Below the pieces are notes generated by a model that worked only from the letters and a program-made list of their open reading frames with translations, was not told where the DNA came from and ran no database searches. From an uncultured Verrucomicrobiae bacterium (GTDB taxonomy: Bacteria; Verrucomicrobiota; Verrucomicrobiia; Limisphaerales; Palsa-1400), in assembly GCA_963702845.1 (NCBI GenBank), contig OY969763.1:2208001-2272000 (forward strand): 64,000 nucleotides of DNA. Reading direction: 5' to 3'. The position numbers were made by a program, and so were the translations under genes. Positions 32,620-39,657 of the stretch are shown here, in pieces; the stretch's first letter is position 1, and each line of letters begins with the position of its first letter.

Positions 32620-34262
32620 TTCTCCCCACCACCACTCTGCCCCCAACTCGCACCCTTTAGCGCAGCCGTCGGTGGATTCGCTTTAATCAAAGCCATCTCC
32701 TCGGCAACACTGCGGCCAGGAGGAAGCACCTCGCCTCGTTCCATCTGGTGCAAAACCGTTTCCAAACTGATCGCTGACGACTGCCACGCCGTCACCAGCG
32801 CCTGAATCTCGCGGCCAGTCAAACGCACGATGTCAAAATCCCGATTCAACTCGATCAAAATATCCCCACCCGAAACCTCATCCGGATGCTCCTCAGTCGA
32901 GTGCCACCAATAAACCCATCGCAACGCCTGATTCAATGACTTCGACACCGCCACAGAAATTCCCGCAATCACACTGCTATCCGCTGACTGCCGAAGCTGG
33001 ATTGCCTCCGCGCTTTCCGAAGCCCGTTTCTGCGATTCCAACAATCGCGCTCCCAGCACTGCCAGCAATCGCTCCACCCGATCCAGCGCCCGCTCAAACG
33101 TCTGCAACCCATCGCCCTTAAATTCCAGGAACCCAGCCGTCGCGCCCGGCGTCTCCGTCACCCACGCCGTGTTAGAACCCATCCGCAGCGGATCATCCTT
33201 GGCAAAACCAGAAACCCACGCCGTCGGCAGCGCCGTGAAATGCATCCCGTGTTTGTAATCCGTCGTCATCCGGTAATGGTCCAGATTCGCCCCGACAATG
33301 TCCGTGATCGGCGACCGTTCCACCGTCGACTTCGACAAACTCGGCCCGTGGAAAATGAAAGGAATATTCGGCAGCGGCTTGCCGCGACGCAACGGAACCC
33401 TCGTTTCCAAAAGCGTCATACTCTTTGAATCAGTGCTGACATTATTCACCGCAGAAACAGCGGGATAAGTTCCCACCGTAGCAGAGGGTGCAGCCGAGCC
33501 CGGACTGATGCCGCTCCCAAGATCGCTCCCCACAGCGCCGTCCACATCAGCGCGCCGCACTCCATCATTCGACTTTTTAGCGCGACCCCAAACCTCAACC
33601 ACATAATGCCAACCAACATGCTTGCCTTTCTGCGCTGGGGCCGAACCTTGAGCCGCTGGCGCGTCCTGAACCAACCGCAACACCCGCAACCGCTCCACTT
33701 GCGCAGGTGCAAACTCATCACCGCCACCGCTTGTTTGATTGCCGTCCGAAAAAACTTCCCGAAGCACAACCAGCGTCAATTGCATCCGCCCGTTGATCCG
33801 TTGCTCACGCCAATTCAAAATATCTTCCGCCCGATAAAACGTGAAATAAGCGCGGTTCTCAGGCGCATCGCACCAGTCAATCAACGTGCCGCAACGCCCG
33901 AGCACCGTGACTTCCGTTGTCACCTCGCGTGCGTAACCGGACAATTCCTTGCCGAGCAAATCAGCGTCGTTAACAAATTCCCGCAGCACATTTCCCAAGA
34001 CACTGCCGGGCTTCGGCAACTTCAGCACCGGCTCGCGGCGAAAGATCATTCCCAAATAACCCAACACCGTGCGTGCGGTCGCATTGTAAAAAAATCCTCG
34101 TTCCACGTACCAGCGATATTCCAGATCATTCATCCCCTCCAATCGAGGAATGTAACGAATCCCGGAACGCTTCATGGCACGGTCTCCATCCATCACATCG
34201 CGCAACGTCCGCCACCAATCTTGGTGCAATTCGTATTCAGGATGTAGAGAGCTGACCGGCAC
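32616..34262 (-). CDS. Phage portal protein (DUF4055 family)
   Basis: HPEY...W...RDVMDG...YIPR...FYNATART, YRAEDILNW, IPFIF, NLDHYR...DYKHGMHFTALPT, LGARLL. Confidence 0.88.
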   Translation of the reverse strand: MPVSSLHPEYELHQDWWRTLRDVMDGDRAMKRSGIRYIPRLEGMNDLEYRWYVERGFFYNATARTVLGYLGMIFRREPVLKLPKPGSVLGNVLREFVNDADLLGKELSGYAREVTTEVTVLGRCGTLIDWCDAPENRAYFTFYRAEDILNWREQRINGRMQLTLVVLREVFSDGNQTSGGGDEFAPAQVERLRVLRLVQDAPAAQGSAPAQKGKHVGWHYVVEVWGRAKKSNDGVRRADVDGAVGSDLGSGISPGSAAPSATVGTYPAVSAVNNVSTDSKSMTLLETRVPLRRGKPLPNIPFIFHGPSLSKSTVERSPITDIVGANLDHYRMTTDYKHGMHFTALPTAWVSGFAKDDPLRMGSNTAWVTETPGATAGFLEFKGDGLQTFERALDRVERLLAVLGARLLESQKRASESAEAIQLRQSADSSVIAGISVAVSKSLNQALRWVYWWHSTEEHPDEVSGGDILIELNRDFDIVRLTGREIQALVTAWQSSAISLETVLHQMERGEVLPPGRSVAEEMALIKANPPTAALKGASWGQSGGGEN

Positions 34263-34442
34263 TGAAGAACCGTATCATGGCTCTTTTAACGCTATTGCCC
34301 CGCTACAGAAACCACATGCACGTCGATGCACCAAGCAACCGTTCCGATGCATCAACCGGCATGCAGTAACGTCCCATCCGAGCTTGACAGCTTTTAGGAC
34401 AACCTCAAAAACCCTTGTTCGCGGATTAAAATTATGCGAACA

Positions 34443-34462
34443 GTTGTCGCAGATTAATTGTT
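34443..34462 (+). other. attI-like recombination site, copy 1
   Basis: GTTGTCGCAGATTAATTGTT running into R' core GTTCGGC (34460-34466); 18/20 identical to the inverted copy at 39604-39623. Confidence 0.6.
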
Positions 34463-34478
34463 CGGCGTCGTGAAACAT

Positions 34479-34952
34479 ATGCCATCTTCCGAGCGCACAT
34501 TCCAAGAGGCAATGTCACCAGAGGTGCTAGCGGGCATCTCTGGCCGCGAATTGCTGATTCAGCACCTCGGCCACTGGCCCACCTTCCACGACTTTGAAGT
34601 GCTCTCTCTGATTCTAGAGCGAGCTGTTGTTTCAGCTGCCGCTTGTGACCTGAAAGCTACTTTCTTTGTGTTCGACCTCACCAAATCGCCGCACGACCCA
34701 GAGCGGAAGCAGGGCACGGCTGAGTTTCTGTTCGAGGACATCAACGCGCTGCACATCGACGGCTTCAACCATCAGAACCCAATCATGGGCTTATCGATTG
34801 TTCGTGCCGAGTCATCTGGAGAGGAGACGCGCTTTCGTGTGCAGTGGGGTGGCACCTGCATGCAGCACGAGGTGTCTTTCACCTGCTCGCGCGTTGCTGT
34901 TCTTCGAGTCGTCGACCTGAACCCATTTCGCAAGGCATTTCCGAGCCTATGA
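34479..34952 (+). CDS. Immunity protein Imm50-like, in an integron-type cassette
   Basis: GHWPTFHDFEV...FLFEDI..L.IDGFNHQNPIMGLSI; bounded by GTTCGGC and GCCGAAC. Confidence 0.75.
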   Translation: MPSSERTFQEAMSPEVLAGISGRELLIQHLGHWPTFHDFEVLSLILERAVVSAAACDLKATFFVFDLTKSPHDPERKQGTAEFLFEDINALHIDGFNHQNPIMGLSIVRAESSGEETRFRVQWGGTCMQHEVSFTCSRVAVLRVVDLNPFRKAFPSL

Positions 34953-34956
34953 GATC

Positions 34957-35001
34957 GCCGAACCACTCACTTCAGCCGGTGGCTGAGTTCGAGCGTTGGC
35001 C
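34957..35001 (+). other. Short (internally deleted) attC site
   Basis: GCCGAAC-CACTCACTTCAGCC-GGT-GGCTGAGTTCGAGC-GTTGGCC: R'', TCAGCC/GGCTGA inverted boxes, R'. Confidence 0.7.
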
Positions 35002-35010
35002 ATCAAATCC

Positions 35011-35508
35011 ATGACCGCTCGTCTCTCCATTAATTCGTGGTTTCTCCGCGCTATTCTTGCCTTTTCCGTCGCTCTGGGGTGTCACGCTCAGGACCCCGAC
35101 AATCCATTGGTGGGGCGGTGGCTGCTTCAGCGCAAAGGTTCGCTAGATGCCAGGTCTTACAAGGTTGAATGGCAGTTTACGAAGGATCAGGTAATAGTGC
35201 GGATTGTGAAGGACCGGGCAAAACCAGAGGAAGTGTCCCGGAACAATTACACGATCGACACGACCAAAAATCCCAAGTGGATCACAGTTACCTTGGTCGG
35301 TAAAGTGACCGAAGTGCGACAGGGTATTTTTCGCATAGTTGGAGACGAGCTTCACCTAAAACAGACCGTTGGCGGAGGCGCACGTCCCGTAGATTTCGTG
35401 AAAGACAATTATTCGGTTTTGAAGCGGCAGCCCCAAGCGGATGGCCAACCAAGCGGTCCAGCGAACCGTTCGCGTCCGCTCTCGGTGATTCAAACGCTGG
35501 TTAAATAA
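35011..35508 (+). CDS. TIGR03067-like secreted protein, in an integron-type cassette
   Basis: Signal peptide, LVGRW, YTIDTTKNPKWI, QGIFRIVGDELHL, RPVDF; bounded by GTTGGCC (34995) and GGCCAAC (35443). Confidence 0.72.
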   Translation: MTARLSINSWFLRAILAFSVALGCHAQDPDNPLVGRWLLQRKGSLDARSYKVEWQFTKDQVIVRIVKDRAKPEEVSRNNYTIDTTKNPKWITVTLVGKVTEVRQGIFRIVGDELHLKQTVGGGARPVDFVKDNYSVLKRQPQADGQPSGPANRSRPLSVIQTLVK

Positions 35509-35535
35509 CTGAACCGATAATCCCGCCGGAACAAA

Positions 35536-35952
35536 TCATTTGATTCGTGTCATCGAGGTTGCCTGACCATCCTTTGACAACGTCAGCTCGTTGGCGCTCG
35601 CTTTGACAATCTTGTAATGATCGGTAGTCCCAACAGGAATCTTCGCGCTAACTTTCTCCCCCGAATCATTCGTGGTGGTGACAGAAGCACCGGTGATGTT
35701 TGTAACAGTGGACACTAACATCGCGTTACTGACGCTCCACTTCCCATCATAATACATGACCTCGTCAGGAGCTTTTCGATTCTTGCAAGTAGTGCGAAAC
35801 TTTCCATCGGCTGAAATTGATGTCTTAACGATAAGTTGGCCACAATCAACATCGGCCCAAGAGCCAACGACCTGTTGCCGAAGTTTCGCATCCTGCGCAT
35901 GGCACGCGGCCACCATAATCCATAAGAACACAGTTGTGGTAATCAGTTTCAT
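35536..35952 (-). CDS. Secreted lipocalin-like hypothetical protein
   Basis: Signal peptide, VVGSW, ADGKF, GKWSV, ELTL. Confidence 0.65.
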   Translation of the reverse strand: MKLITTTVFLWIMVAACHAQDAKLRQQVVGSWADVDCGQLIVKTSISADGKFRTTCKNRKAPDEVMYYDGKWSVSNAMLVSTVTNITGASVTTTNDSGEKVSAKIPVGTTDHYKIVKASANELTLSKDGQATSMTRIK

Positions 35953-36093
35953 AGTCGACGCATTCTAGTGGGGGCAACAGAGCAATAATGACACTGCCAG
36001 AAGTGCTGACAAGGCGTAATTCCAACCACGGCTTCGGGTTTCCAGTCCGCAGCCTCCATAGCATTCTGACGTCCGCGTCCGGCATCGGACCAC

Positions 36094-36441
36094 TCATCGC
36101 TTGCTGGAAATACTTTCAAGAGCGATTGCAATTAGAACCACCACGATACACACCGCGAAGCCGCCCCAAATCAACTGCAACGCTCGCTTTCCACGGCGCT
36201 TCGTATCCTCCGACTTCGAACGGAAAGCAACCATCGCCAAGATATGCGCAACGACAAAAGACGGGCCTCCGATGAAGAAGGGAATGAATAACGTCTCGGG
36301 CTCGTAGCTTCGTCCGAGCAAATGTAACAACGGCCACAGAAGACCAAAGACAACAAAGACCGAGGCACAGCCTATGGAACAACCTCCCGAGCGACTGCTG
36401 GGTGCAGGTGTTGGCGTGTTCTCATTTTCCATGGGAGTCAA
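36094..36441 (-). CDS. Hypothetical membrane protein (3 predicted TM segments)
   Basis: Three hydrophobic segments in a 115-aa ORF. Confidence 0.6.
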   Translation of the reverse strand: MTPMENENTPTPAPSSRSGGCSIGCASVFVVFGLLWPLLHLLGRSYEPETLFIPFFIGGPSFVVAHILAMVAFRSKSEDTKRRGKRALQLIWGGFAVCIVVVLIAIALESISSKR

Positions 36442-37971
36442 ATCAGCTTGAAACTTTAATACGCGCCACTGTTCGCATAATTCTGACGCACGAACAAGAA
36501 TCTTCGCGCATGCTCAACGTCCGCGTCCGTCAGCGGCTCCGTCGCGGTGCTATCGCAACGCTCCTACGCCGCAGCCGTCCGCTCTCGGTAATTCCAACGC
36601 TGGTTACATAAGAAGTCAGTTGGTGCAATCCACAATCACGAAGCTTCGCCGGCTTGAACGTATGGGTCGCTGGGACCGAATAGGCCAGTGGCGCTGCCAC
36701 CAAAGACAACATCGGCTCGCTTCGCTCAACAACATGGACGGCCTATGCGCCGTGTTGATTTCCCCTCCGCACGCCGGCGGAACCCGCCCATTACCCCCTC
36801 GCGCCGGCCCGCGCATCGCCCGCCGCCTGCGCACGCCCCCCACCAACCCGGCGCCCCCTCCCCCGCTATTAACGTCGGTCGTTCCGCTAATCGCGGTCGA
36901 CGTTGGTTCAGCGGGGGCGGGGGCAGTGCTCGGCGCGGTACAGTCCAGTGTTCGCCCCCTCCCCGGCCATACTGAACGCGCGCCACGCGACCCCGTCAGA
37001 AAGAACCCCCTCGCTCCCCAGCTCGCCCCAAAAACAAAGACAACCCGAAAGACACCCACCACCCCATCAACCCCCGCTGTGCAAGCGTGACACCATCGAC
37101 TCGATTGTCGCTGACGCTCGATCGTGCCGCTGGCACCGTCGTTGTCGTCACCCTTGCGCAGCCCCAACAGAGCCAGACTCCGGCAGTTGCGCCGCTGCAC
37201 TACGCTGACGTTGCACGAGCGCCAATCGAACTGCTCCGCTTGGCTTGCTCGCTTCACTACCGCTCCGTTTCACGTCTCACCCTCCGGAGACTGGCCAATC
37301 CCCAAGGCCAGCACATCACTGCAACTAGCTCCAGAAACGCTTCGCTGACTTCCGCCGCGTCGCAGTCATGTGCAGGCCTCCCAAATTTAGTCTGACCTAT
37401 GCACGAAACATTCCGGTGCCGGGCCTAAACGCTTTCCACGCCACCATCAAAGCGACGGCCTTGCATCCTCACATTTCGCGCACAAGTCAGAGGGTGGCTG
37501 CATGCTAATGCCGCGACCACCGCGAACCCATACGATGCGACCCCGCGAGAAGTTGTTAAGCTCCGTTCCAGCATGTCATGAAGGATGCTTCCGATCTACA
37601 GACACAAGTGACGTTATATTACGTGCCGCCCCAACACCGGTATCCGCTTCGCAGAACCTCCGGTGTCGGGTCCCCGCCGTTTCACTGAGTCGATCGGAGG
37701 CTCCCACTCAACGGCCCGGTTCACTAAGATATAACATCGTCTTGTGTCCATAGACCTGGCCCGTTTGGCACGCTCACTGACAATGGCTGCTCCTTCCCCA
37801 CCGATCAGCCGCAGTGCCCGCGCCAACCAAGCCTTGCATCCTTCACGCCACGCCCTCACTCCGCAGCTGAAGCAGTTTGGCGGGGCCGCCAGTGAGTTCT
37901 CCGCATCAGGTAATGCACCAACACTCATTCGGGTATCTTCACCCTGCGTTTTTGCTAAAATCTAAACCGAA

Positions 37972-38145
37972 GTGAGCGGACACTTTCTCTCCCAGCAAAA
38001 CGCAGACTTAAAGCGCTTAATCGCAGCAAACAAAACTGCGCTTAAGCAGTTACGCAAGTCTATCGGTGACATTGATCGTCGCCTCAAAGCTAAACTTCCT
38101 TCACAGCAAACACCCAAACAGCAAGCGCCCAGCGCCCGCAAATAG
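37972..38145 (+). CDS. Small basic coiled-coil protein (57 aa, below the ORF-track cut-off)
   Basis: VSGHFLSQQNADLKRLIAANKTALKQLRKSIGDIDRRLKAK...; preceded by extended -10 TGCTAAAAT (37953-37961). Confidence 0.45.
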   Translation: MSGHFLSQQNADLKRLIAANKTALKQLRKSIGDIDRRLKAKLPSQQTPKQQAPSARK

Positions 38146-38415
38146 TAAGCCCGTCCTCTGTTTGATTCGCTCAGTCGGCGCTCGCCATTCCCCTGAGCCC
38201 TAATCGAGTCCAGAAAAAGTGAGTCCAGACACCGTCTGGTTCCTTTTTACCCTCTGCTAGCCACTCGACCATCGCCCTCACCGGGCCGCTTTCCGTCAGG
38301 GGACAACGTGGCGCCTTCTGAAGACTACTTCCACTGTCCGCCATGCCGACGCGGCCTCTTTCGGATGAAGGGCGACAGTCCGAGAGCGCACAGCAGAGCA
38401 GTCAAAAAAAAGAAC

Positions 38416-38697
38416 ATGAAAACCAATACAAAACAAAATTCGGAATCGAGGCTCATGAACCGGATCGCACAGTCGAGCAGTGATGCATTTAGGGCGGTGT
38501 TTTTCCGGGGGCCGGAATCCAGCAGAAACAAAGACGGTGACGAAATCCCCGTCTGGAATGTTTTCCTCGGCGACGAGCACGGCGAACCAGTGCGCACCGT
38601 TTACGGAATCTACGACTTCAAACGCGCCGAGTCCCTCGCGCAGGTCATGTCTTCAGACCGCAAACTTGAACTCATCCACGAAGCCCAGCCCGCCTAA
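38416..38697 (+). CDS. Hypothetical protein downstream of a long hairpin
   Basis: 93-aa ORF starting MKTNTKQ directly after the stem-loop. Confidence 0.6.
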   Translation: MKTNTKQNSESRLMNRIAQSSSDAFRAVFFRGPESSRNKDGDEIPVWNVFLGDEHGEPVRTVYGIYDFKRAESLAQVMSSDRKLELIHEAQPA

Positions 38698-38748
38698 TTC
38701 CCGCTCGGCTCGCGTCCGTCCAGGGCGCGAGCCATTCGCCAACCTCGT

Positions 38749-39009
38749 ATGAAAAATCCTTTGTTCGACAATACGCCTCGCTGGCGTCAGTGCATTTTGC
38801 AGCTGACACGCACCGTCACGATCGAGACCCGTCGCCGCCTCATGTGCATCCCGCACCGCCAAGACGCCAAAGAAGAAGCCAACCACCTCCGCCGTCAATA
38901 CGGCGACGCGCTCGTCGCAGTGAACATTTCCAAAAACGGCAAAGGCCCGACAGCCACATACACGTGCTCCTACACACTGCGCGAAACCCGCACCGAGGAA
39001 TTATTCTGA
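38749..39009 (+). CDS. Hypothetical protein
   Basis: 86-aa ORF, co-oriented, preceded by a GC-rich hairpin. Confidence 0.55.
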   Translation: MKNPLFDNTPRWRQCILQLTRTVTIETRRRLMCIPHRQDAKEEANHLRRQYGDALVAVNISKNGKGPTATYTCSYTLRETRTEELF

Positions 39010-39076
39010 TCTACCTTGTCGCGCCATAGCCTTCGGCGACGGCGGAACGCCAGAGATTTGCCACCGCTGCACTCCG

Positions 39077-39110
39077 CCTTTAACGACGCAATCTCAGCGC
39101 ATGGTTAGGC
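39077..39110 (-). other. Collapsed attC site
   Basis: Minus strand GCCTAAC-CATGC-GCTGAGATTGCGTC-GTTAAAG just after the stop codon of 39118..39576. Confidence 0.55.
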
Positions 39111-39117
39111 GGCACGG

Positions 39118-39576
39118 TCATGTCTGTCGCTGATAACCTAAAGCTCTCAAAAAGTCGTCTGAACCCCGGAGCAAAAGCGACAGCCGGTGAGTTTGCCCCT
39201 GCTGATCGCGGTAATCCAACAACAGCGAACGTCCTGAATCGCTCGGCTGAACACTAATGATGGAAGCTCTCGGAATGCGATGCTCCATGTCAGATAGCGA
39301 TCCGATGACGTTAAACGGAAACCCGCTGCGAACCCAAACCTCATCGTCGGTGACAGTGACCTGCAAACAGCCAGCCGGTCCACCAAGCCGAGTGAATGTC
39401 GTTTTATGCGAGCTCCCCGACGCGCGCACCTCGTGAAAGCGAATGCGGTCTGATGAAACTTGCGGGAAAACTATGCCGTGTCGCTTGTGGTGCCGCCAAC
39501 GCATCGCAAAGATCCAGAGAACCAGCAGCATCGCACCCAGATTTAACCAGATGATGTATTTTTGAAAATGGTCCAT
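39118..39576 (-). CDS. Hypothetical membrane-anchored protein in an integron-type cassette
   Basis: N-terminal TM helix; preceded by GTTAGGC (39602-39596) and followed by the complementary GCCTAAC (39110-39104). Confidence 0.7.
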   Translation of the reverse strand: MDHFQKYIIWLNLGAMLLVLWIFAMRWRHHKRHGIVFPQVSSDRIRFHEVRASGSSHKTTFTRLGGPAGCLQVTVTDDEVWVRSGFPFNVIGSLSDMEHRIPRASIISVQPSDSGRSLLLDYRDQQGQTHRLSLLLRGSDDFLRALGYQRQT

Positions 39577-39603
39577 CGCCTAAGCGCCTAATATCGCCTA
39601 ACA

Positions 39604-39623
39604 AACAATTAATACGCGACAAC
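39604..39623 (-). other. attI-like recombination site, copy 2
   Basis: Minus strand GTTGTCGCGTATTAATTGTT followed by TGTTAGGC; 35 bp after the terL stop. Confidence 0.6.
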
Positions 39624-39657
39624 CACTAGATTCCGCAATTGATCCTTCATCCTTTCT

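Noticed and set aside
32049..32679. Diversity-generating retroelement TR/VR pair
   Set aside because: No reverse transcriptase is present, and the mismatches are not adenine-specific and include an indel.
34275..34505. intI remnant divergent from the attI-like site
   Set aside because: The 76-aa ORF has no tyrosine recombinase motifs and overlaps the site itself.
35473..36611. CRISPR array from the 36-bp repeat
   Set aside because: There are only two copies, 1.1 kb apart and enclosing genes, and no cas genes in the window.
36616..37395. ORFs 36616..37257, 36620..37090 and 37087..37395 as genes
   Set aside because: They are low-complexity Pro/Arg/Gly translations of a skewed, hairpin-rich tract, with no clear ribosome-binding sites or domains.
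39020..39050. Short palindrome GCCATAGCCTTCGGCGACGGCGG as a dedicated element site
   Set aside because: It resembles a generic REP-like or terminator hairpin between convergent genes and occurs once here.
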